Shown: positions 27,956 to 41,400, counted from the stretch's first letter. The stretch: 64,000 nt of DNA from Octopus sinensis (GCF_006345805.1 NC_042998.1:123318001-123382000), one strand, 5' to 3'. Notes: a model not told the origin generated them from the sequence alone. Numbers and translations: made by a program.

Positions 27956-28271
27956 TAATAAGTTTATGCAGCCGTGAAAACATTCGATAATGCTTTTGCA
28001 GCAAAGTTGCAGCTCACAGCGATGACGTCATTTGAAGCGTTACGTGCCAGGAAAAATTAAACATTTTTGTTTAATTTTCAAACTTTTTCGTCCTTAAAAG
28101 CAAAGTTTCGCGTCGAATAAAAATGTGCATGAAAGCCCTTCTCAAGGGCTACATGCAGATCTAATTTTTTTCCTGAAAAAGGCTTAGAATTTAAAACAAA
28201 ATGAGAACAAAAAGCACTCGTGTTTATCCCCCACCAGGTTTCAAAGAAAAATAAGTAATGTGATCGATTCA

Positions 28272-28335
28272 TTCTTCAAGGCGGTGTCCCTGGATGGCCG
28301 TACTCTAATGACTGAAACAATTAAAAGATAAAAGA
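28272..28335 (+). mobile_element. Isolated 3' tail of SINE family B
   Basis: aaggcggtgtccctggatggccgtactctaatgactgaaacaattaaaaga is similar to the tail at 57079-57130. Confidence 0.6.
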
Positions 28336-28761
28336 TTGCTGTTTTAGTAATTCTGCCGAGAATTTCTAAAATGAAGGAAATATTGCTATAAATATTTAGA
28401 ATTACGTTAATAGAAAACAGCAATGCCTTAAATTACGTTATTAGAAAACAATAATTCCTTAAATTCAGATTCCTAATCCTACCAAATCCTATGCAGAAAG
28501 TATGATCTCCCTTGTAGTAACTGCCACCACTAGAGAATAATTCACGTAATTGAAAATCAATTTAAATTACCTATTTTCGTTACCTATATATCTTAATTAT
28601 GTAGTTAAAGAGGTAATTATGTTTACTTCTAATGAAATAGCTATTGAAATTAATTAGATTGATATATTTGTGAAATTCATGCTTTTCTGAATATGAATAC
28701 ATACATATGTGCATGCATAAACACACACACAAATGCGCGCGCAGGCACACACATACCGGCA

Positions 28762-28940
<179 letters not shown>

Positions 28941-29106
28941 ATGAGGGAGTATAATTTCAAACTTACAGGGAAAAATTCAGTTTAGAAATACTAAAATACT
29001 AAATCCGTTATATGTTTTATCTTATATTTAATATTCCTATAATATGTAAATTTTCTAAAAAGTATAATTTAATGTTTCATAAATTGAATTGTTAATAGGT
29101 GTTTTG

Positions 29107-29177
<71 letters not shown>

Positions 29178-29865
29178 CATTTATTTACTTTCCCATCGCA
29201 CTTGTGCAACGGAAGGCGCATATCTGAGATTCGAGAGCTAGTGTATATGTATAAATAAATATTACCATGTTATTCAGTAAGAATTACGTTTCTGTCAGTT
29301 CGAAACACCAATACGCACATTTAATCTCAATTTAACATACCTCAGTTAAGATGCTAATGCCCGAAGGATAGATAAAATAGTTTGATATCTCCCAGCTCAT
29401 AAAATAAATTGGTTTTGATCTTGGTGAAAAAAAGTTATTACCTTTAAAATCGTGCAGATAATATATGGAATCGCAGTGTCGCTGGTTGTAAGCTACATCA
29501 CTTTATTCATGCTATTAATGCTAACGGAAATAGTTTAGAAACCATAATTTACTCATAACTTCATCAACACATATTTTCCTAGACATAAGAATGTAATGTA
29601 TAACCAGTACACTGACATATGGATTTGAAAATGGCTATATAAACCTACTGGCATACACTTTTAAGATACATACATATATACGTACATATATACATATACA
29701 TATATATATATATATAATATATATATATATATATTATATATATATATAATATATATATATATATTAATATACTTTATATGTATGGTTGTGTGTGTGCATC
29801 CTACACACATATACTTAGATACATATATACGTACCTACATACATATATATATGTATATATAAATA

Positions 29866-29896
<31 letters not shown>

Positions 29897-30343
29897 TACC
29901 CATTGCTCGAAGATTACCCGAACTGGAATGTAGCAATAACGTACCAGAATCATCCGTAATAAAAGTATATTAATTGTGGAAGGCTGTGGCATATCTCGTG
30001 AAAAACTATGATTTTTAATGTAAGAACTTAGTTTCGTAGCCAGTACGTTTACAGAAGCACGGGGCTCCCATGCACTTTGCTACATATAAACACTCAATAG
30101 TTTTATATTTTAAAATTCAAATGTGAAAATGTTATGTGTCTAAATAATACTTGTTAAATAAGATGACGGAGTTAAAATGATCGTTAATAGAGTCACGTTC
30201 TTTTAGCATATTCATCATCATTGGAGTACTTTAATTCTTCAAAAATTTGAAAATTAAATTGAAATCAGAGTATTATGAATTGGTATACAGCCCATGGAAA
30301 TAAAAGCACCATTATAATGTATGGGAAACGGTATGCCCAAAAG

Positions 30344-30420
<77 letters not shown>

Positions 30421-31469
30421 TGTGCATGTGTGTATGTATGTATATAAATTAGAGAAGAACCACCATGAAGCAGTTCAACAATGATATACTTAAATCATAC
30501 CATATAGAAAATCTTAAAGATACAATAAAACATTTACCCAAAACTAAATAAAGTACTAAATAATAAATAGTATATAATTAGTAAATAGACTACACGTGTT
30601 TAGTGGCTATATTTTCAAATTGATAACAATAAAAATCAATTCAATTTAAATAAAGTCACTCATCAGGTCTAAGATAAAAACAATAAAATGAATAAAATAA
30701 TTAAATAATATACGTATATTATAAGAAAAGATAAATATATATAAAAATACATAATTTTATAATAAGAAATAGAACAAATATATCTTAAAATAAAAACATG
30801 GCTTATTGAATATATCCTGTTAACTAAATCTTTAAATTTAATAAGTAGGATTTAGTCTTTATAATAGATTTATCTCGGTAAAAATGTGGTGTAATAGAAC
30901 AAATAGATAGAAATATTTAGTTCATCTGTGAAAATATATTTTAGTTTATAGAAAAAAGTTACACACTATAGTATATCATTACTGGAAAATTAAAGTACAA
31001 GTATTTAAAACAAAATATTTTAAGAAAATATTCAAAATACATGATATGCATTAAGTGAAGTTAAATTATTATAATTTAATCTATATCCATTAAATTATCT
31101 ATTTATGTATTTATTTAATAAACATCTAAATTTAATATTATTCTAATTATGTATTATATACTAAAAAAACTTCATGCTAACTTATATATTACTACTACAC
31201 ACTATAAGAATTAAAAATAGAAAAAGGTTTAAATATATACACACAAATTAGTTAAACTTAGTATATAATTAATGCAATTTATGTATAGATTTAATATTTC
31301 ACTCATTTATAGAATTAACCAAAGTTTCTATCAATATTAAAATATTTACTTAAAAGCAATATTACATAACAAATACAAAAATTACTACCTATTCGATAAG
31401 ACTTTGTCTTACGAAACTATTTCCCAATGTAAATTATATGTAATACGTTAAGATTATAATTCACAATAT

Positions 31470-31641
31470 AACAACAACAACAACAACAACAGCAACAACA
31501 ACATCAACAACATCAACATCAACATCAACAACAAGAACAAGAACAAGAACAACAAGAACAACAACAACAACGACAACAATAATAATAAGTAAATAAATAT
31601 TCGTATCGTAACTTATAATTAACAAATAACAATATAGAAAT

Positions 31642-31710
<69 letters not shown>
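31470..31710. repeat. (AAC)n and (TA)n microsatellites
   Basis: Direct inspection. Confidence 0.9.
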
Positions 31711-31711
<1 letters not shown>

Positions 31712-32959
31712 GGGTAAAAGAATAGAAATACGTTCACCAAAATGAAATCTTATTAAAAGGTAGAATAAACCGAATCTGATAGGATATTAGTTGTGTACCC
31801 ATCAAGCTTTAAAAATTTGAGTATATTCATATTAATGTTTTTGCTTTCGTTTCCCAACAGAGTCATAAGTATGTTACTGTGGTACCAACGCTTGATTATA
31901 CTACATACATTTGCTCATTAACAAAGCAGCATTCCACCAGAAGCAGCCTAGAAATCGTCCGGGATTACCCTTCAGATGTATTTGTAGACATGACATAATA
32001 TTAGGTTTTTAGAAACCGTCTCTTAAGTTGAATTAGATCATCCACTTTGGTGTATTTAGTAAGATTAGTATTGCTTGTATAAACTTTGCAATTGGACTTG
32101 TGCTAAAGCAAATCCAGAGCTAATGTAAAGTAATTGTTCTCCTTTATGTAAACAGTGTCTACTGACTTTTATGTATAAGTATATCCTGCAAAAGCTAAGA
32201 GTTGATAATGTTTGTGCTGGCATTACTTTGTTAGGTAATGTTGTTGCCCTATTTGGAGACTTTTGACCTATCAGTTCCTCAGCTATCGTAACCATTTAGA
32301 TTATAGAAGCCCGAAGTCATGGAGTGATTAGCATAGATATATGTTAATAATCTATCGAAAATATATGATGGAATTTCAAAATTTCTGTTGCTAAGTTATT
32401 GATTTCAGTGCAGCTAGGATGGAGGCTGTCTTAGTTTTAAAGTTTAAGGTCATTTATATAATTGACTTTGTCGAGGAAAGTTGAATCTGAGGACCCTATT
32501 TCCATACTATGGTGCCTCTCAGAAGATTGAGGCTTAAGATCTTCGGCGAAGTCATCACTATACTTTGGCTTAAGGCTGAAGCTGATTGTATGTGTTATAG
32601 CATTTCATCAGTATATTGAGAAAAATACCAAAACTCTTGGTCATATAACCTACATAAGCGTCTGTGCTGCAACCAAAAGGACACTACTGCTAGTAATTTA
32701 AGCATAATCCATGTTTTATTTTGCAACTATTCACACTGAGTTTTCGGAAATCTTGAAGTAAACTTGAAATTCACATTTTAGGGTGGAGCCGTACAGAGAA
32801 AAATCTATGTTGACCGGCCCGACCAGCATATTTTCTGCCATGTTGGTTTTCAATACGAGCACCTTTTTTGCTAATATCTAATGATTATCCTTTTCTCGTA
32901 ATACTGTGTGGTACCTGTTTAGATTTAATCAATTTCAGTTTACTGACATATTTCAACGT

Positions 32960-33867
32960 TTCTTATATTTCCACAACGAAAACACTCCGCTTTTTTAAAT
33001 GGACAATTTTTCTCCTGGTGCATACCATCACATGCAAAACATGGGATTACGTCTTGTTTGTCACGTTTTTTAGAAGACACTTTACTCTATTCAGTCTATT
33101 CCGCACTGTTTTTTTTACTTGGAAACAATCTTTACGTTCAATTTCCTCTCTGTTGCGTCTTAATTCAAGTGTCCTTTCGCATTCTGCAGACACTTTTTGC
33201 AGGGTTGCAGCCTGCTTTTGCTCCAGCTTTGCAAAATCTCTAGCTCTGGCTTCGGCGTCCTTTTCTGCAGTTAACCCTGTGTAAAAATCAGGCATTTGAG
33301 CATAGCTAGAGTTAATTTGTCAACTTAAACTTCTCGCATTCCCTGTTTATTCTACCAGCATATGCGATAAAGTCTTTGTTGTTTTTCTCAATGTTCAGAT
33401 ACTTCCAACGTGTGTTGAACAATGAGCTTTCTTCACTAAACATTTTACGTAATATATGAATTTTTTCATTGAAGTTTATGTCCGAAGTTTTTCTTGGGAG
33501 TACAAAATTACTGTATCATTCACGTTCTGTTGTCGCCAGTTTTCTCAAGATTAAGCGATTATTAAGCTCGTCGTCCAAAAACTTTACTTTCATTTTCGAA
33601 GATTTGCTCATATCTTCTGTAGTATGCTTCGAAGGTAACTCCTTCGTCAGATTCGTATTTGAATTCAGATACTGAATTCGCGACATCGATTGGCGAGAAG
33701 ACTTTTTCTGGCTTTCCTGACGGCTTCAGTAATTGCAGCATTTGTTGCTGTAATATTAATTGTTGTTGCTTCTGTTATTAGTCTTGCATTTGTATCTGAT
33801 GTTGTTGATCTTTCAGCTGTTGTTGCTATTTGTGCAACTCAAGCAGACCTGCCAACAAATTTTCCAT
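32960..33867 (-). pseudogene. Ty3/Gypsy gag relic (resembles K02A2.6-like elements)
   Basis: From the ATG at 33867: Q-rich N-terminus, VSEFKYESDEGVTFEAYYRRYEQIFE, then after frameshifts LILRKL..YSNFVLPRK..SSLFNTRWK..DFIAYAGRINRECEKF and KCLIF.GL..EKDAEAR..KLEQ. Tandem zinc knuckles CFACDGMHQEKNCP and ECFRCG at about 32970-33045. Confidence 0.8.
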
Positions 33868-34238
33868 ACTTTTACGATTTTTCGTGAAGATCGTACAACA
33901 AACTTTGTAAGTTTGTTAACCCGTCTTCGAAATTGGCTTATCTCTCTCGCCACTCTTATAAAGATATATTTTGCCACTGTTGAATTTGTTTTTTGACGAC
34001 GATTGTCACTGTCACATATATTGTTGTATTCCGAAGTCCTCGACGGAATGTTTCCACCTGGCAGTGTATGACCCCCCAGTCGTACAGCGTTATTATTTTC
34101 AAAAGGTTGGATCAATATAACATCCACTCAGTATCACAACATAATTACCATATCAGCACGAACACGACTATCGATAGTATACATTTGAGAGGAGCGGAAA
34201 CTGCAATTTTTGAAATTGGTAACTAAGAACCAATATTT

Positions 34239-34440
34239 TGTTGCGAACTAGGGATAAAAGAAAGGTATATAAGGAACTTTGCGATGAAATAATTTCTTAG
34301 GTACCGCAACGCAATTGAAAATTTTGAACATCGCTAATTTTGATCAATTTTTGGATTTAATGGATTATAAGTTGTAAGGAATACATAGCAGAATGCAAAA
34401 CAGTAAATCCTTAAGAGGTTGCATACGACGTTTCAATACA
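34239..34440 (-). mobile_element. Possible 5' LTR of the Gypsy relic
   Basis: A 202-bp segment bounded by TGT...ACA, just upstream of gag, with a TGG (possible PBS) a few nt inside. No second LTR found. Confidence 0.3.
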
Positions 34441-35038
34441 ACTAAATAATACCTTGACTATAAAGAGAATGGGATTGTGAACGTCTCTCCAGTGCCGCCG
34501 CAAACGTCGTTGCCTGTGGACATACGTCGTACCTGTGTGTACCTTGACTTTAGGCCATTCTTTTAAAGTTAATGATCGCGTTAAATTTCGTGTTGCTTAT
34601 ATTTAGTGGTGACACATAATGCAACAATGCGTTATGATACTGAATGCCCAATATTTGGTACTACATGTGATCTTAGCAAGCGAGTTTTACCAACATATAA
34701 GTACGTACTAAAATGTGCTTTATTTGAACGAGAGAAAGAAAAGAAATTAGTTATGAAAGATCCTTCAATTAAACAAATTGTCAAGATTGTAGTAGACACG
34801 ATAATTCTTCTTTGCCAAAAGGCACTCATCCCTTAGGTTGCGATTGAGTCAGTTAAACCGAAAACCTTAAATTTTTATCGAAAGTACCAAGCATTACTTG
34901 AATCTGTGAAAAATAGAAGAAATTTTCTATCGTTTCAAACAGAGTGTAATGTGTTTTAAAATAATGCAAAAGACTTTTATTTACATTATTTACATTATTT
35001 ATATTCGACGGATATTTGTCTTCATCTAGTTTGTTGTT

Positions 35039-35086
35039 AAAACAACGTTTCGACTGATATACCCTCCAGCCTTCTTCAGGTGTCTT
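35039..35086 (-). ncRNA. Minimal type I hammerhead ribozyme, Penelope-associated type
   Basis: Minus strand reads AAGACAC-CUGAAGA-A-GGCUG-GAGGGUAUAU-CAGUC-GAAAC-GUU|GUUUU. It has the CUGANGA and GAAA cores, a 5-bp stem II (one G-U), a loopless palindromic ACGU stem III, and a stem I with 4 of 5 pairs. Confidence 0.75.
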
Positions 35087-35130
35087 GGGGAAATTTCGAA
35101 CCTGGGTTCTCATTCTTAAGGTATTTTTCG

Positions 35131-35214
35131 ATGTCGTCGTCGTCGTCATCGTCGTCCTCGTTGTCGTCGTCGTCGTCGTCGTCGTCATCATCGTCATCGT
35201 CGTCGTCGTCGTCG

Positions 35215-35247
<33 letters not shown>

Positions 35248-35271
35248 CCATTGATCATCATCATTATCATC

Positions 35272-35309
<38 letters not shown>

Positions 35310-35314
35310 TATTT

Positions 35315-35373
<59 letters not shown>
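35131..35373. repeat. (GTC)n(ATC)n(ATT)n compound microsatellite
   Basis: Direct inspection. Confidence 0.95.
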
Positions 35374-35377
<4 letters not shown>

Positions 35378-37313
35378 TCACTGCTTGGAATCGAACTCGG
35401 AATCCCGCGCTCTCAACCACTACGGCATATGCCTGTGGGCCCAAAGAGATATGGCAAGTTACGATCAATTCGTAACAAGGAATGTAAAAAAGAAAATAAG
35501 GAACGGCAAATATATTATATATTCATTTTTCGCTCATTATTCAAAATTTCAAGTGGGCTGCGGAGCTTGAAGGTGTCAATTTAAGAACTTCAGATTTTAA
35601 CACAGTTGTTTTAAAATAATTTCCCAATAAAACATATGTTCTGAAAAACATATTTGGTAGATCTATGTAAAAAGTACTTCTCGTACTCTACGTACTCTCT
35701 TGATACTGGCAGACGTCACCTAACTTATAGTGAGTTTTCATTCCACTCGTCAAGTTGTAGGGAGGTACCATTATTAGTAATTGAAGCCACCGTATTTTCC
35801 ACTTTAGATTCTATGGTCTGATTCTGCATTGTAATTTGTAGAGGTTATTATGTGAAAATTAGGCATTCGCAAGATACTTGATTTTTGGGTTGGGGTAGGT
35901 GGGGCGGGAGAGTTGCTTTAAAAATGATTTTATCTAACATTCAAGCGTTGCACATTTTTAGATGTTGAATGTAGATGTGTATTTAGGATATTAAAAGGTC
36001 TTGAGTTTTTCAGTAAGGACTTTTCGCTTACAAATAGCACATTCTGTGATCGATATCGTTTATCACTGACACCGCCTTCTGTAAACAATTACTTCTTCAA
36101 ATATATAGTTAGTTTTGTTTTTACGTCCAGACAACATCGAAGCGGCATTGCATGAGGTATATCAGGGCAGTACGATTAGTCTCTGGACCATTGTAAGCAT
36201 TACAGATAGCAACTTAATGGATTTAGGGATAAAGTGATATAAAATAAAGTTAGACGAGTGGTAACAAAAGGATCACACCTTCCTGATAAAAGAAGCCCAA
36301 AGATATTCCTTTCTTTAGAAATTATGTTGACAAGAGAATTAAACAAGGAAGTATAACTTGTCACATGTGTGAATCAAACTGATTACTTAATGGGACAAAA
36401 CTAAAAATGCGAAGTATTTTGTTCGACATTCCACCATTCCTGCTTGTACATCAGCCATTAGTAAATAAGCAACGTTTTCTTCGTTGTAACCCACAATAAT
36501 TTAATTAACAATATGAATTACTGGCAAAATATTAAAGTAACGAATCCAGCAACAGAGAAGAGAAACTATCCCTCATTAGAGATTTGCTGACAACTCCTAT
36601 AAAATCTTAACTTCTCAAACTGACTGCTTGATAAACAAAATCTATTTACGCAGCGGATAAAATATAAGTAATTTACGTATTGTAGTTTCCAGTATATCCT
36701 CACTCTTACAAGATTATGCTTTTCCATTAGCTCGCTAGCATCTTTTACTTAAGCAATTATATATTTCGAAAACAGACACAATATTATTATATCGGCTGAT
36801 ATCACACAATTTTTCATCGAAATATGTCATTCCATTCATGCATGAATGTTGAACCTTTTCGGTAGATTTCTATGGTGAATAGATTTGGACAGTTAAAAAT
36901 ATTTACGTTATAAGAAAGAAATTTGAGATATTCTACTATAGATTTATTTCCCTCTCGTTGATATTATTTTGTTAAATCAAAAATAAATTTAATTTAATTA
37001 AACTTGCGATCCAATCTATATTCGTACGTTACATATGGCTTTAAGTAAGGTGATGGCTATTATATCAATATTTTAACTGCATCACAGTCGCTATTCCTGA
37101 GATGATTTCTGTATTCATCTTTATAATCCGTCCAAGAGTTATTGTTATATTTGTCCTACATTATATCGGTACAATTTGATGAAACCCCGAAGAACTGGTA
37201 CACTACTCAACATCATTAGACGGTGGGCGGCACAGTGGAATAGGAACTTTATTTGCATATGCAAAACGTTTTTCGTAAACAAAATTGAAATATATATATA
37301 TATACACACACAC

Positions 37314-37381
<68 letters not shown>

Positions 37382-37390
37382 ACATATACA

Positions 37391-37424
37391 TACTAGTAGC
37401 AGAGATACTCAGCCTTGCTCGGAA
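37391..37424 (-). mobile_element. Possible Helitron-type 3' terminus
   Basis: Minus strand reads ccgagcaaggctgagtatctctgctactagta: degenerate hairpin then CTAG, next to a TA-rich repeat. Confidence 0.35.
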
Positions 37425-37748
37425 TTAAAATGGCACAGTTTCCTTTATCGTTTTACTTGTTTCAATCATATGACTGCGGCCATGCTGGATCACCACCTTT
37501 GGTCGAAAAAAATCGACCACAAGACGTATTCTTTGTAAGCTTATTACTTATTCTATCAGGGTCTTTTGCCAAACCACTAAGTTATGGCAACCTAAACACA
37601 GCAACATCTGTCGTCAAACAATGGTGGGGGTACAAACACACACGCGCACAAATATACACATATATACGACGGTCTTCTTTCTACACACATATAGATGGAT
37701 ATATACATATATATACATACACATATATATACTTATATATATATGCAC

Positions 37749-37785
<37 letters not shown>

Positions 37786-37862
37786 TTTATATATATATAT
37801 AGATACATATAAATATATATATACACATGTATATATCCACATAGATACACAAATATATATAC

Positions 37863-37903
<41 letters not shown>

Positions 37904-38110
37904 GTATATATTCAGTAAGTGAAGTATAAGGATTTCAGTCCTCACCTCTTTAGATACACACACATATATACATACATATACAACCATGTACATAAATACA
38001 TGTTAATTGTAATGGAAATGATATCGGTTGGGTAGTTCTTGAGTTTTGGTGAGGCACACATGCAGACAGTCAGGCAGACACAATCAGACATACACACACA
38101 CTCATTCTCG

Positions 38111-38176
<66 letters not shown>

Positions 38177-38178
38177 CG

Positions 38179-38245
<67 letters not shown>

Positions 38246-38407
38246 ATATATCACGGTTCTTTTAATTTTCGTCTACAAAATTCCCTGACCCAGCTTTGGT
38301 CGGCCCGAGGCTATAGCAGCAGACACTTGTCCAAAGTGCCATGCAGTGGAATTGAACCTGAAACCATGTGGTTAGGAAGCAAACTTCATATCACAGCCAC
38401 GCCTGTC
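37425..38407 (-). mobile_element. SINE family B copy split by a roughly 570-bp internal microsatellite-rich block
   Basis: The 3' half (37425-37680) and 5' half (38250-38407) are co-oriented and in correct order around a TA/CA/TG-rich block. Confidence 0.7.
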
Positions 38408-41074
38408 TTAAGAAGTATATATAAATAATTATATCAAATTCTATGTGGGAATATATATAGCGTTTAGCCCTGTAGAAGTCTTGAGCTAAACAAAATACAT
38501 TAATTTATTTCGTTCTTGAAGTTAAAGTACAACTGTATCTCCTATTATTTTCATCTACTACACCATACTCTCTTTGATCTTGTGTCTGTGTTATTATAAT
38601 AACTATCATACTAAAATATATGCTATAATCAATTATTGAAAGAGCTGAAATTCGTGATGTTTATAGAGAGGAAAGTAGTTATGGTTTTTCGTTGCTTGAA
38701 GTTCAATATTTGACCGTTTAAATCTCATGAGCGTCTCTGCCGACAAATACTTTATCATTATAGTATAGTAAGCATAAACAAGCTTGGATATCATCACGGA
38801 AAATTTATTTAGCACCATGGTTTGGCTTCGAGCGTTGTAGTAAGAAGTGATTCAGAGCTGGTTATGATAATAATTATTTGAAATGCACCACCATTTCAGA
38901 TTTCCATTCAAATAATTGTAGAGTAGTTGGAACTCAAACATAACAATGTTATAGAACAGTCTCTAAATCTGTTTTCATTCACTTTAATGCACCTATATTT
39001 TCTACAGTATCTAACTTTGTAACAATTTGTGCCATGAATTAGGAGCAAAATCCTACCAATTCGATTCAGTAAAAATATAATATTTTGCTTTTAAGTTATT
39101 TCACTTAGAAATGCCGAGAACGCATACCATAGTCCATTCCTGCATTTCATAAAATAAAGGCACTCCATATTTGAGGAGGGAAAATAGCACCGGTAGTATA
39201 ATATTTGGAAGACCTGGTTGAAAGTGTAACTTCCTTTTACAGATTATGTTCGTTGGAAACTTGTAAATCTTACATTTTAATTACATGATCATATGTTTCG
39301 AATAAAAAAATCAATAATATTTAGCTTTTTCGTTTCTTATCATGAGTTCATCAGAGATTACTTGGCTTTAGTATAATTTTTGATCATGTCTAATTCTGAA
39401 AACAGAATTTTTTCGAAATGAGTAATGATACTTTATTCGAAATTGATTCAAAATTCAATATATGATATATCTAGGAATATTTTATAAATTAGCTGTAATA
39501 AAATATTGTTATCATTAATATATTACACTCGAATAAAATCTAGACTTGTTTAAATATGATTAATAGCGTTTATTAATATTGATTGCTAGTGTGGGCATCA
39601 GGCCTTAAGAATGCTTATTAATGTTAATTTTAAATTGTCACAGTTGGAGAGAGGCCATATTCTCTTCTAGCCCAACACACTAAAGATATATTAAAACGTA
39701 TAAGAAATACAAGTAGAAATGGAATGGAGTTTATGGTAGTGTAGGGGGCGATGATGTTGCGAGGAGTATGAAGGTAAGGGTGTTGATAATGATTGGAATG
39801 TAACCAATGCTAGCTTAACGCAATAAAGTTACATCCGTTTTATATAATTTAATAATACTTAGATATTGGAATCATTAATTTCATTAATCATATTAGATTT
39901 ACGACCTAACTAGTTGTTAATTCAATAATATTCTGTTATTTAATTTCATTGATATGTTTTTCCTCAATTTAATGTTATTTACCTCGTATTAAATCTATTA
40001 ATATTATTGAATTAGCAATATATTTTATATTTTAATACAAAATCTAAACATTCCTACAGCCATTATGTCTTCTCCAAGTGAAGAAAAATAAAAGAGAAAA
40101 AGGAGATATGAAGTTGTGTCTCAACACCGGTAATTTCTGAAGCTCTTTTCTGAGAAGTAGTTATCAGTCGTTATCGGAAGATCTAGCTGGATAATTCTCC
40201 TTTTAAAAGAATGACTTACTAAGCTCTAATATAACCTGAACGATTTCTGAATGATTACCGGTAACTCCAGATTTTTCAAAATCTATAGTGTTAAACAAAC
40301 AAAAACCAAATTATAGGCAGTTTCATTTCAGGGTTTTACTATTTTTGAGCTGATCAGTCATAGAAACAATTGTGTGCCAAATTAAATATTCTTCTTTACG
40401 TGGTTTTGGCATATTCGAACTGTTAATAATATTGTAAATATTTTTCTGTATTTAGCTATTTCTCCTTAATGTTCCGGATGAAAATCTCCCTCGTACTTGA
40501 GCTATTGAAATATGCACTAATAAGATTAAGGAGAGTATTAAATCAATTATTACGCGCCCCTCCTATTTTAGGTTGTCTCTAATTAAATATAAAAACCGTT
40601 TCGAGAATAAACTCAGAGAGGACATCTGTGTGGAAGACAACGGTTAAGTTCGTGTTAACATGTGTAATGAAAGCCACGTTACAATGTTAACTAGATTAGA
40701 ATAAAACATACCATTCAGTGAGTAATAACTTAATCACTTTTGGCAAAGGAGAAAATTATGGATGTATTTTTGTATTAGTAGGACCTGTAGATACCCTCAA
40801 TAAAATATAAGATTTACCGTATTTTTAAGCTGAAATAGGCTAGATTGCACAAATAAATGAAGACGGGTGCAAACTAGCCAGTGGAGAAAATTCGAATTAT
40901 GTCGAGAGTTAGTAACATAGAAAATCTTTTGAGCTGAAAAATAATAAACATTTATTTTCCTAGGGAAAGGTAATAGCATGGGAATACTGTAAACGTAGAT
41001 TATTATTTTTACTCTTATTTCAGTTTGGCGAATAAGTACCATAAACGGCTGAAGGCCAAATTAAGTGCCAAGAA

Positions 41075-41195
41075 ATCTTTTTTTATCTTTTACTTGTTTC
41101 AGTCATTGAACTGCGGCCATGTTGAGGCACTGTCCTGCAGGATTTTAGTCGAAAAAATCGGACTAGTGCTTACTTTGTAAAGCCTGGTACTTATT
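41075..41195 (-). mobile_element. SINE family B 3' end
   Basis: ttacttgtttcagtcattgaactgcggccatgttgaggcac is the reverse complement of the family B tail. Confidence 0.7.
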
Positions 41196-41400
41196 AGCAG
41201 AAATGTATTCAATAAATATTGGTTTCAAAGTTTGGCGGAAGGCCAGCAAACTTGGTGAAGTGGATAGGTCGATTACATGGATCCCAGTACTCAGCTGGCG
41301 CTTATTTTCTCGAGCTTAAAAGGATGAAAGGCAAAATCGACCTTGGTGGAATTTGAGCTCAGAACCTGAAAGATAGACGAAATGCTGCTGCTAAATTGTT
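41196..41400 (-). mobile_element. SINE family A copy (degenerate)
   Basis: aaaggatgaaaggcaaaatcgaccttggtggaatttgagctcagaac matches the family A core. Confidence 0.7.

Larger units (their letters stand above)
34980..35436 (-). mobile_element. Putative composite SINE: tRNA-like head + trinucleotide microsatellite + hammerhead-containing 3' module
   Basis: A-box-like TGCCGTAGTGG (35417-35427), B-box-like GAGTTCGATTCC (35387-35398), (AAT)n(GAT)n(GAC)n (35131-35373), hammerhead (35039-35086) and a 9-nt tandem tail TAAATAATG (34980-34999), all co-oriented. That they form one unit is inferred. Confidence 0.55.

Noticed and set aside
30790-30815. taaaaacatggctt resembling mitochondrial 16S rRNA (numt idea)
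   Set aside because: The match is only about 14 nt, and no other conserved 12S/16S or tRNA motifs follow.
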